Origin: Agathobacter sp.
GTDB taxonomy: Bacteria; Bacillota; Clostridia; Lachnospirales; Lachnospiraceae
Assembly (NCBI GenBank): GCA_045633955.1
Contig: JAZQZJ010000085.1
Location: forward strand, 471-64,470
Direction: 5' to 3'
Length of the DNA: 64,000 nt
Shown here: one piece after another, positions 31,720 to 40,420 of the stretch
How positions within the stretch are numbered: position 1 is the first letter of the stretch
Layout of the letters: each line of letters starts with the position of its first letter
The notes under the pieces: generated by a model
What the model was told of the DNA's origin: nothing
What the model saw: the letters and a program-made list of their open reading frames with translations, nothing else
The model's database searches: none
Translations under genes and position numbers: made by a program

Positions 31720-33096
31720 ATGACAATGTTAAATATTATATTTTGGATAACATGTTATCCTCTTATATTTTTGATGTATTTTCTTTTGCGAAATGCAAGG
31801 GATCGAAATAGTTGGTGTTTTGGAGTAGTTTTAAGTAAAGAATGGAAAAAAGATCCAGAAGTAGATGCAATCGATATAGAGTATCGTAAAAATTTGAAGA
31901 AGATGATGTGTGTATTTGCGGTATTACCTTTTTTTACTTTTTTTATAAAGCATGTTTCAATTTCATTTACATTTTGGATGATTTGGATTTTGGTGATTTG
32001 CTTTGCTCCGTTGTACTGGTATGCAAAGGCAAATAAACAGATGCGTGTATTAAAGAGTAAACGTGGCTGGAATCCTGCAAGTGAGTTTACGTATACTGAT
32101 TTAAAAATTGCTGCGCTTCCGAAAAAGATAAAATTTGTGACCTTTTTACCTTGTTTGATTCTAAGTCTGATTCCAATTGGTTTATCGTTTGTGTTGTTTC
32201 AGGAAGCAGGGTATAGCGCACTACGAATTTGTATCGTTACCTTTGGTGCATGTACAATTTTGTTTTACCTTCTAGCAATATGGACGGACAGGCAGAGAAT
32301 CAGTGTAATTTGTGATGATACAGATATAAATATGAATTATGCCAGAGCAAAGAAACAAACTTGGAAACAATTTTGGATGGTATGTAGTTGGTTAAATACA
32401 GCGTTTACCTGGAGTATATTTGGCTCCATGTATATTAGGGAAAAAGCATTTACATGGATTTTGGTAGGTAGCATTTTTTATTGTGTCGCATTGATGCTCA
32501 TGAGTATTTTTTTTATAAAGAAGATATTTGCTATAAATAAGAAGTATGAAGATAAACGCACCATGAAAGATTCTATGGATGACGATAGTCACTGGATTTG
32601 GGGCATCATGTATTATAATCCGAAAGACTCTCATATGATGGTGGAAAACCGTATGGGTACAGGTACTGCCATGAATATGGCAACGGGTGTAGGAAAGGGG
32701 ATGTATGTGTTTGCAACGCTTTGTCTAATGATTATTCCAGTATCCTGTGTTTGGCTGATTATGTTGGATTTTACACCAATCAGTACGGTTGTGGAGAGCA
32801 ATAGGATAATATGTAGCCATTTAAGTGTAGAGTATGAGATTCCACTTGAGGATATCCAGGAATACACGGTAATTACTGATATGCCAGATGTAACAAAAGT
32901 AAGAGGAAATGGCATGGACAATATTTATAGTGGTACGTTTGAGATTTACCGTGAGGGTATGTTTGAGGCATTTTACAATCCACAGAATGATCTGTTTATC
33001 AAAATCATGACAGAGGATGAGACCTATTATATCAGTGGCGTGGATGATGCAGCAACAGAGGAGATTTTAGATAAAATCACAGCATATATAAAATAG
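31720..33096 (+). CDS. Multi-TM membrane protein (DUF5808-like motif, C-terminal PH-like region)
   Basis: DDDSHWIWGIMYYNPKD...ENRMGTG motif; downstream of YtrA-type regulator. Confidence 0.65.
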   Translation: MTMLNIIFWITCYPLIFLMYFLLRNARDRNSWCFGVVLSKEWKKDPEVDAIDIEYRKNLKKMMCVFAVLPFFTFFIKHVSISFTFWMIWILVICFAPLYWYAKANKQMRVLKSKRGWNPASEFTYTDLKIAALPKKIKFVTFLPCLILSLIPIGLSFVLFQEAGYSALRICIVTFGACTILFYLLAIWTDRQRISVICDDTDINMNYARAKKQTWKQFWMVCSWLNTAFTWSIFGSMYIREKAFTWILVGSIFYCVALMLMSIFFIKKIFAINKKYEDKRTMKDSMDDDSHWIWGIMYYNPKDSHMMVENRMGTGTAMNMATGVGKGMYVFATLCLMIIPVSCVWLIMLDFTPISTVVESNRIICSHLSVEYEIPLEDIQEYTVITDMPDVTKVRGNGMDNIYSGTFEIYREGMFEAFYNPQNDLFIKIMTEDETYYISGVDDAATEEILDKITAYIK

Positions 33097-33228
33097 AAAA
33101 AAATATATCTAAAAAACAAAGAAGTGTTTGATAATTTTATTGTCATGCACTTCTTTTTTGCTTGCAAAGAAAAGGGGAAGGGATATAATGAAGATATAGA
33201 TGGAAATAAATAGGAGGGAGTTTTATCT

Positions 33229-34398
33229 ATGGTTTGGCAGAGTATATTGGAAAAATTCAAAGAATTATTTGGTGATGAGGGAGAAATAGGAGTTTATTTT
33301 GCACCAGGCCGTGTAAATATGATTGGTGAACATACAGACTATAATGGCGGTCATGTATTTCCATGTGCTCTTACCATTGGTACATATGGTGTAGCACGTA
33401 AGAGAGAGGATAAGAAATTACGTTTTTATTCTTTAAACTTTGAGGATCTTGGTGTGATTGAGTCTAGTGTAGAAGATTTAAAACCAGAAAAAGAAGCAGA
33501 CTGGACCAACTATCCAAAGGGGGTTATGTGGGCTTTTGGAGAAAAAGGAATGCCTGTAGAATTTGGTATGGATTTGGTTCTTTTCGGTAATATTCCAAAC
33601 GGATCTGGTCTTTCTTCTTCTGCATCAGTAGAAGTGTTAACGGGATTTATTTTAAGAGATATGTTTGGATTTGATGTGACCAATCAGGATTTGGCACTTA
33701 TTGGACAGTATTCAGAGAACAAATTTAACGGTGTAAACTGCGGTATTATGGATCAGTTCGCTATTGCAATGGGAAAAGAAGGACATGCAATTTTCCTAGA
33801 TACAGCTACTTTGGAATATGAATATGCACCTATAAAATTAGAAAATGCAAAGATTGTTATTTCTTGTAGCAATAAGAAACGTGGTCTTGGCGATTCCAAG
33901 TATAACGAAAGAAGAAGTGAATGTGAAACTGCATTAGCAGAAATTCAGGCAGTAAAGGATATCAAATCACTTGGTGAACTTACAGAAGAGGAATTTGAAG
34001 CTGTAAAAGAAAATGTAAAATCAGATATTCGTATTCAGAGAGCAAAACATGCAGTATACGAAAATCAGAGAACAGTAAAAGCAGTAGAAGCATTACAGAA
34101 CAATGATGTGACATTATTTGGAGAATTGATGAATGCTTCTCATGTTTCTTTAAGAGATGATTATGAAGTAACTGGTATCGAATTGGATACATTGGTAGAG
34201 GAAGCTTGGAAAGTAGATGGTGTGATTGGTTCTCGTATGACAGGTGCTGGATTTGGTGGATGTACGGTAAGTATTGTAAAAGATGAAGCTGTTGAAACTT
34301 TTATTACACAGGTAGGCAAAGCATACGAAGAAAAAATTGGCTATGCGGCAGACTTTTATGTAGTAGAAATCGGTAATGGTCCACAGAAACTTGCATAG
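33229..34398 (+). CDS. galK: Galactokinase
   Basis: APGRVNMIGEHTDYN, GSGLSSSAS, CGIMDQ, GSRMTGAGFGG. Confidence 0.96.
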   Translation: MVWQSILEKFKELFGDEGEIGVYFAPGRVNMIGEHTDYNGGHVFPCALTIGTYGVARKREDKKLRFYSLNFEDLGVIESSVEDLKPEKEADWTNYPKGVMWAFGEKGMPVEFGMDLVLFGNIPNGSGLSSSASVEVLTGFILRDMFGFDVTNQDLALIGQYSENKFNGVNCGIMDQFAIAMGKEGHAIFLDTATLEYEYAPIKLENAKIVISCSNKKRGLGDSKYNERRSECETALAEIQAVKDIKSLGELTEEEFEAVKENVKSDIRIQRAKHAVYENQRTVKAVEALQNNDVTLFGELMNASHVSLRDDYEVTGIELDTLVEEAWKVDGVIGSRMTGAGFGGCTVSIVKDEAVETFITQVGKAYEEKIGYAADFYVVEIGNGPQKLA

Positions 34399-34409
34399 GA
34401 GGATAGAAA

Positions 34410-35942
34410 ATGATTCAAATTAGAATTTTAGAATTAGTAGAATATGGTCTTGTAACAGGACTCTTAACAGAAGAAGATAAGATATTTACTACCAATGCCC
34501 TATTGGAGTTGTTTCAGGTAGATGATATCGAAGACAGTGTATTTGAAGCATATGCAACTCGCGAACCTATGACACAGGAAACTGCAGAAGCTGTATTAGA
34601 AGATATTTTAGAGGACATGATGGACTATGCCTATGAAAATGGCATTATGAAAGAAAATAGTATCGTGTACAAAGATTTGTTTGATACCAAAATAATGAGT
34701 TTGCTCATGGGACGCCCTAGTGAGATTCGAGCAAAGTTTAAGGATTTGTATGAAAACAAGTCTGCATTGGCCGCAACGGATTATTACTACAAATTAAGTT
34801 GTGATAGCAATTATATTCGCCGTCAGCGTATTAAAAAGGACCAGAAATGGATTACAGAAACAGATTATGGTACATTGGATATCACGATTAATTTATCGAA
34901 ACCGGAAAAAGATCCAAAGGCTATTGCAGCAGCAAAAAATGCAAAACAGTCGGCTTATCCAAAATGTTTGCTTTGTGTTGAAAATGAAGGTTACGCAGGT
35001 CGTGTAAATCATCCAGCAAGACAGAATCACAGAATTATGCCTGTAACAATTAACAACAGTGATTGGTTTTTCCAGTATTCACCATATGTGTATTACAACG
35101 AACACTGTATCGTGTTTAATGGAAAGCATACTCCAATGAAGATTGAGAGAGCTACATTTGGAAAACTCTTGGATTTTGTAACACAGTTTCCACATTATTT
35201 CGTAGGTTCAAATGCAGATTTACCAATCGTAGGTGGATCAATACTTAGTCATGACCATTTCCAGGGTGGTCATTATACCTTCGCAATGGAGACAGCACCT
35301 ATCGAAAGAGAAGTGACTTTTGCAGGATTTGAGGATGTAAAAGCTGGTATCGTAAAATGGCCAATGTCCGTAATTCGTATCACAGCTTCCGATAAAGAAC
35401 GTTTAGTTGAATTGGCAGATAAGATTTTAGTTGCGTGGAGAGGCTATACGGACGAAGAGGCAGTAATTTTTGCAGAAACAGATGGAGAACCACATAATAC
35501 CATTACACCAATTGCAAGACGTCGTGGAGAAGATTATGAGTTGGATTTGGTTCTTCGTAACAATTTAACAACAGAAGAACATCCAATGGGGGTATATCAT
35601 CCACATGCGCATCTTCACCACATTAAGAAGGAAAACATTGGTCTTATCGAAGTTATGGGACTTGCAGTGCTTCCTGCTCGCTTAAAAGATGAAATGGCAG
35701 AGTTAGAAGAAGCGATTCTGGCTGGAAAAGATTTAGCATCTACAGAAACTCTTGCATCCCATAAATCATGGGCGGAAAGCTTTATGAAGAAATACGAAGA
35801 TATCAATAAAGACAATATTACAGATATCATTCGTGAAGAAATCGGACTTGTATTCTCAGAGGTATTAGAGAATGCTGGTGTGTATAAATGTGATGAAGCA
35901 GGCAGAAATGCATTTATGAAATTTATTGTATCAGTATCTTAA
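34410..35942 (+). CDS. galT: Galactose-1-phosphate uridylyltransferase (type II)
   Basis: TINLSKPEKDPK, YPKCLLC, GGSILSHDHFQGG, HIKKENIGLIEVMG. Confidence 0.95.
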   Translation: MIQIRILELVEYGLVTGLLTEEDKIFTTNALLELFQVDDIEDSVFEAYATREPMTQETAEAVLEDILEDMMDYAYENGIMKENSIVYKDLFDTKIMSLLMGRPSEIRAKFKDLYENKSALAATDYYYKLSCDSNYIRRQRIKKDQKWITETDYGTLDITINLSKPEKDPKAIAAAKNAKQSAYPKCLLCVENEGYAGRVNHPARQNHRIMPVTINNSDWFFQYSPYVYYNEHCIVFNGKHTPMKIERATFGKLLDFVTQFPHYFVGSNADLPIVGGSILSHDHFQGGHYTFAMETAPIEREVTFAGFEDVKAGIVKWPMSVIRITASDKERLVELADKILVAWRGYTDEEAVIFAETDGEPHNTITPIARRRGEDYELDLVLRNNLTTEEHPMGVYHPHAHLHHIKKENIGLIEVMGLAVLPARLKDEMAELEEAILAGKDLASTETLASHKSWAESFMKKYEDINKDNITDIIREEIGLVFSEVLENAGVYKCDEAGRNAFMKFIVSVS

Positions 35943-36059
35943 AAGTTTTAAAAAAAGAACATTGATTTTCTGAATCTTAACCAAGATAATATGGACATTC
36001 TATCCTTTTTGGGGTAGAATGTCCTTGTTTATTATATGAATTTTTTGGAGGCGTTGTGT

Positions 36060-37121
36060 ATGAAAGCTTGGGAAAGCAACGTGCGTAAAGTAGTTCCCTA
36101 TGTGCCAGGTGAACAGCCACAGAAGGAACGTATGATTAAATTAAATACGAATGAAAATCCTTATCCACCAGCACCAGGAGTGCAAAAGGCATTAGAGGAG
36201 TTTCAGATAGATAGATTGCGTAAATACCCAGATCCAGTGATTGGGAAACTGGTACAGGCAATTGCAGATTATTATGGTGTAGAAAAAGAAGAAGTGTTCG
36301 TTGGTGTAGGTTCTGATGATGTACTTGCTATGATTTTTATGACATTTTTTAATAGTACAGAACCGATTCTTTTTCCAGACATTACCTATTCTTTTTATGA
36401 TGTATGGGCGGATATGCTTCGTATTCCATATGTGCAGATTCCATTGGATGAAAATTTCTGCATTCAGACAGAAGATTATAAGCGTTCAAATGGTGGGGTG
36501 ATTTTCCCAAATCCAAATGCGCCAACAGGTGAGCTATTATCCTTAGATGCAGTAGAAGAAATCATAAAATCAAATCCAGGTGTGATAGTTGTTGTGGATG
36601 AAGCATATATTGATTTTGGTGGAGAAAGTGCATTGCCACTTATCGAAAAATACGACAATCTGATAGTAGTACAGACTTTTTCAAAATCTCGTTCTATGGC
36701 AGGTTCTCGTATCGGCTTTGCTATTAGTAATGAAAAGGTTATCAAATATTTAAATGATGTAAAATATTCCTTTAATTCTTATACAATGGATGCGCTTACC
36801 ATTGAACTTGGTACAGCGGCTATTGAGGATAAGGCATATTTTGAGGAATGTTGCCAGAAGATTATTGCTACAAGAGAATGGACCAAAGAAGAATTAAAGA
36901 AATTAGGTTTTTCTTTTAGGGATTCCAAAAGTAACTTTATCTTTGCAACCCACAAGGATATTCCTGCTGTGGAAATTTATGAGGCACTTCGTCAAGCAGA
37001 TATCTATGTGAGATATTTTGCCAAAATAGATAGGATTAAGAATCACTTGCGTATTTCTATTGGAACAGATAAAGAGATGAAAGAACTTATTGATTTTCTT
37101 ACATCTTTTATTCATAAATAA
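36060..37121 (+). CDS. hisC: Histidinol-phosphate aminotransferase
   Basis: KLNTNENPY, NPNAPTG, VDEAY, TFSKS...AGSRIG PLP motif. Confidence 0.92.
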   Translation: MKAWESNVRKVVPYVPGEQPQKERMIKLNTNENPYPPAPGVQKALEEFQIDRLRKYPDPVIGKLVQAIADYYGVEKEEVFVGVGSDDVLAMIFMTFFNSTEPILFPDITYSFYDVWADMLRIPYVQIPLDENFCIQTEDYKRSNGGVIFPNPNAPTGELLSLDAVEEIIKSNPGVIVVVDEAYIDFGGESALPLIEKYDNLIVVQTFSKSRSMAGSRIGFAISNEKVIKYLNDVKYSFNSYTMDALTIELGTAAIEDKAYFEECCQKIIATREWTKEELKKLGFSFRDSKSNFIFATHKDIPAVEIYEALRQADIYVRYFAKIDRIKNHLRISIGTDKEMKELIDFLTSFIHK

Positions 37122-37165
37122 GAAACAATAACAATTTTATATTTCAAAAAGAAAGGATTAGAAAA

Positions 37166-38053
37166 ATGAACTTTTTATTTGATATTATCAAAGGTATGTT
37201 AATTGGTGTTGCGAACATCATTCCTGGTGTTAGTGGCGGTACGATGATGGTTTCTATGGGTGTTTATGAGAAAATCATCGGTGTAGTAAACAATTTATTT
37301 AAAGATATCAAAAAGTCGATTCTGACATTACTTCCACTTGGTATCGGAATGTTACTTGGTGTTGCAGTATTTTCGTTTATCATTCCTTGGAGTTTGGAAG
37401 TATTTCCATTACCAACTTGTCTTTGCTTTATTGGTTTGATTATGGGCGGTGTTCCTGCAATTATAAAACCAGCAAAAGAAAGTCTTCATAAAGAAGGAAA
37501 GAGTATTTCAGTGCCACATATCGTTGCATTTGTATTTTTCTTTGCACTTGCTGTTGGTATGGCAGCGATGAATGATGTACAGTCTTCTTCTGCAAGCTTT
37601 GATTTAAACATTGGATTTATGATTACTATTTTTATTGTAGGTGTTGTTGCAGCAGCAACGATGGTTGTTCCTGGTGTGAGTGGTTCCCTTGTCCTTATGA
37701 TTTTAGGATATTATGAAGGAATTATGTCTTCTATCAGTGGATTTATCTCAGCAGTATTTGCATTTGATTGGGCACAGATTTTCTATTATGTAGGTATTCT
37801 TGCTCCATTTGGTATCGGTGTAATTGCTGGTATTTTTGCAGTTGCAAAACTTATTGAATGGTTATTTGCAAAATTTCCATCAGTAACCTACAGTGGTATT
37901 TTAGGACTCATCGTAGCATCTCCAATTGCTATCATCATTAAGATGGGTCACAACAACATCAATGTATTTACAGCAATCATTGGTGTAGTACTTCTTGTAG
38001 CCGGAGCTTGGTTTACATACTGGTTCGGCAAAAAAACAGAAGGTATGGAATAA
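37166..38053 (+). CDS. DUF368-family membrane protein (putative undecaprenyl-phosphate translocase)
   Basis: Duplicated IPGVSGG / VPGVSGS motifs, many TM helices. Confidence 0.85.
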   Translation: MNFLFDIIKGMLIGVANIIPGVSGGTMMVSMGVYEKIIGVVNNLFKDIKKSILTLLPLGIGMLLGVAVFSFIIPWSLEVFPLPTCLCFIGLIMGGVPAIIKPAKESLHKEGKSISVPHIVAFVFFFALAVGMAAMNDVQSSSASFDLNIGFMITIFIVGVVAAATMVVPGVSGSLVLMILGYYEGIMSSISGFISAVFAFDWAQIFYYVGILAPFGIGVIAGIFAVAKLIEWLFAKFPSVTYSGILGLIVASPIAIIIKMGHNNINVFTAIIGVVLLVAGAWFTYWFGKKTEGME

Positions 38054-38058
38054 TAAAT

Positions 38059-38223
38059 AAACTGTCGCATCTTATGGTGCGGCAGTTTTTTATATCTTTA
38101 AATAAAATATGTCGATGTTATTTTATTGTGGATTTTTCTTAATATAAAAATCTGCAAAAAATAATTATCGGCATATTTATTAAATAATAAAAAGAACTGC
38201 CACATTATAAGATGTGACAGTTT
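38059..38223. repeat. ~165-bp imperfect palindrome containing two homologous terminators
   Basis: AACTGTCGCATCTTATGGTGCGGCAGTT vs reverse-complement copy AACTGTCACATCTTATAATGTGGCAGTT; the inner region is also inverted-repeated. Confidence 0.8.
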
Positions 38224-38227
38224 GTTT

Positions 38228-39073
38228 TTATTGTAGGTGCTTTTTGTGGTTGCCGAGGTGGAAGAAAAAGAAGCCGAGTCCGAGACCAAGGATGAGGCTT
38301 AAAAATACAATCATTCCTTGGAGGAGTGGATTTAAGTCTATCATCCATTGTGCAATCACAGTTCCCCATAAATTGAAGAGGAGATGGAAGAATATTACGT
38401 GGTAAATGGTTCCACCTTTGTGACAAATATAACCTAAAATCAAACCAATGATAAAAGTATAGCAGGTCTGTAATGGGTTCATGTGAAAGAGACCGAATAA
38501 GGCCGCTTGTAAGATATTTGCAGGCCAGAAAGGCAATCCTCTTTGGGCGATGCGAAGGGTCACTCCACGAAAGATAAGTTCTTCACTAATTGGAGCCATG
38601 AGAACAGAATAGATGAACATGATAAGTGTGATATTTTCACCTAAACCTGCGGTTTCTAGCATTTGTTCATAGGTTTCTAACCAGCTAGGAAAAATAAGTG
38701 ATATGACGGATACAACCAAAGCACTTAGGTATTGGATTCCTGGTACGAGGAATAGTAGGCCTAAAAATTCGAGAGGATGAAAATCTTTTTTGATATTGAT
38801 ACGGAAGGTACCGTTACAACGTTTCTTATACCATATGCCAAAGATGATGATACAACAAAAAGAGAAGATAATCATAGCAACCGCATTGAAATCTATGTTT
38901 TGAGTGAGTTCCATCATATCGGACATATCGTAGGAAGTCCCTGTTATACTTGGTCCAATCCCGAACAAAAAGATGGCAGCTATAAATAGCAGATAGTATG
39001 CTGCAAAAAACTGAAGGGCAACACAAATTAGTGTTGGAACAGTTGCAAAAAGTGTGGTTTTTACTTTGTTCAT
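38228..39073 (-). CDS. CPBP (CAAX/Abi) intramembrane glutamic protease
   Basis: APISEELIFRG, FGLFH, HLLFN motifs. Confidence 0.9.
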   Translation of the reverse strand: MNKVKTTLFATVPTLICVALQFFAAYYLLFIAAIFLFGIGPSITGTSYDMSDMMELTQNIDFNAVAMIIFSFCCIIIFGIWYKKRCNGTFRINIKKDFHPLEFLGLLFLVPGIQYLSALVVSVISLIFPSWLETYEQMLETAGLGENITLIMFIYSVLMAPISEELIFRGVTLRIAQRGLPFWPANILQAALFGLFHMNPLQTCYTFIIGLILGYICHKGGTIYHVIFFHLLFNLWGTVIAQWMIDLNPLLQGMIVFLSLILGLGLGFFFFHLGNHKKHLQ

Positions 39074-39139
39074 AAATGTACTCCTATAAAATTACATATC
39101 ATGATTATATCATACGGGAAATTTAATTCAATATTCTTG

Positions 39140-39168
39140 TTTACTTTCGTGCTTTAGTCTGCTAAAAT
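39140..39168 (+). promoter_or_regulatory. Promoter with palindromic operator upstream of YerC/TrpR-like gene
   Basis: TTTACT-17-TAAAAT with TTTAG-N4-CTAAA (39153-39166) overlapping the -10. Confidence 0.55.
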
Positions 39169-39199
39169 ATTAAACAAGAGTTTGAAAAGGAGAACGTGT

Positions 39200-39499
39200 A
39201 TGATGGGAAAGGATATTCAAACACCAGCAGTAGATTTATTTTTCGATGGTGTATTATGTTTGGAAAATAAAGAAGAGTGCTATCAGTTCTTTGAAGATAT
39301 ATGTACGATTAAAGAGCTTACTGCGATTGCACAGCGTTTTGAAGTGGCAAAGATGCTTCGAGAAGAAAGGACATATATTGATATTGCAAAAAACACTGGT
39401 GCGTCCACAGCTACCATCAGTCGTGTAAATCGTTGTTTAAACTATGGAAATGAAAGTTATGATATGTTATTTGAACGTATGAAACAAACAGAGGAATAA
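39200..39499 (+). CDS. YerC/YecD family TrpR-like regulator
   Basis: FFEDICTIKEL, QRFEVAKML, TGASTATISRVNRCL. Confidence 0.9.
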   Translation: MMGKDIQTPAVDLFFDGVLCLENKEECYQFFEDICTIKELTAIAQRFEVAKMLREERTYIDIAKNTGASTATISRVNRCLNYGNESYDMLFERMKQTEE

Positions 39500-39500
39500 G

Positions 39501-39542
39501 AAAGACGCCTGTAATCGGATCATAGATTACAGGCGTTTGTTT
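39501..39542. terminator. Bidirectional terminator
   Basis: ACGCCTGTAATC...GATTACAGGCGT. Confidence 0.75.
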
Positions 39543-40146
39543 ATTCGTTTTCTTCTTTTTTCTCGATAACATCATCTACAAGCTTTTCAATCAACTGTTT
39601 TTTCATATAAATATCAAAACTTAATAAACAGATAAAACTGAATGTTTGTAACATTTCTTGATCTTCTTCAGGAAAATCTGTAAATGTGTTTTTTGCAATG
39701 TTGTATTTTTTGCTATATTCCTTCAAAATCTTTGTAGATTCTTCTTTTTCCATTTGGAAAATAACACTATAGATATCTTCTAAATTTTTACCATCTTTAT
39801 TACCAAAATATTTTTCAGTAATAGGAGCAAGAACAGTATGAATGTCACTGATGCTCAAAATGTTCTTTAAATAGTAAATGAAAATCAAAGAGAGTAAATG
39901 TTCTTTGGAATATTTTTTCTTTACTGGAGGTGGTAATAAATCGTTTTTTGTATAGTTATTAATCATGGTTTTGGTTAACAACTTATCATCTTCGTGACGT
40001 TTCGAACCAGCTAATTGTCCATCAATAAAACTGGTTACTTGATCCATGTATAATTCAATACTTGGAATGCTTTCTGGCTGAATATAGTCGATTGTACCGA
40101 GTTTATCCATCAAATCCATGATGGCTTTTTTCATATCTTTATCCAT
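39541..40146 (-). CDS. DUF1836 family putative regulator
   Basis: IPSIELYMDQV, LTKTMINNYTK, PPVKKKYS motifs. Confidence 0.85.
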   Translation of the reverse strand: MDKDMKKAIMDLMDKLGTIDYIQPESIPSIELYMDQVTSFIDGQLAGSKRHEDDKLLTKTMINNYTKNDLLPPPVKKKYSKEHLLSLIFIYYLKNILSISDIHTVLAPITEKYFGNKDGKNLEDIYSVIFQMEKEESTKILKEYSKKYNIAKNTFTDFPEEDQEMLQTFSFICLLSFDIYMKKQLIEKLVDDVIEKKEENE

Positions 40147-40197
40147 TCAAATTACCTCTTGTGTTTTTAGTAAACAAAATTTAATGATTTATTTCGT

Positions 40198-40226
40198 ATT
40201 ATATAGTATTCAAAACTAGATGACAA
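40198..40226 (-). promoter_or_regulatory. sigma-A promoter of DUF1836 gene with a palindrome in the spacer
   Basis: TTGTCA-17-TATAAT; TAGT-N7-ACTA at 40204-40218. Confidence 0.7.
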
Positions 40227-40420
40227 GAGAAAAGATAGGTTTTAAGAAAACTTTAAGGGTTGATATGTAGAGTGAAGGTGATGAATAGAGATATGGACAT
40301 TGATATTTTGAAAGTTATAGATTCAGGAAAAGGAAAGAAATTTTATCGAATTTGAGGTAGATATATGATAGATACTATGTTATAATGAGGGGCAAACATA
40401 TGTGCGAAAAGGGAAAATTT

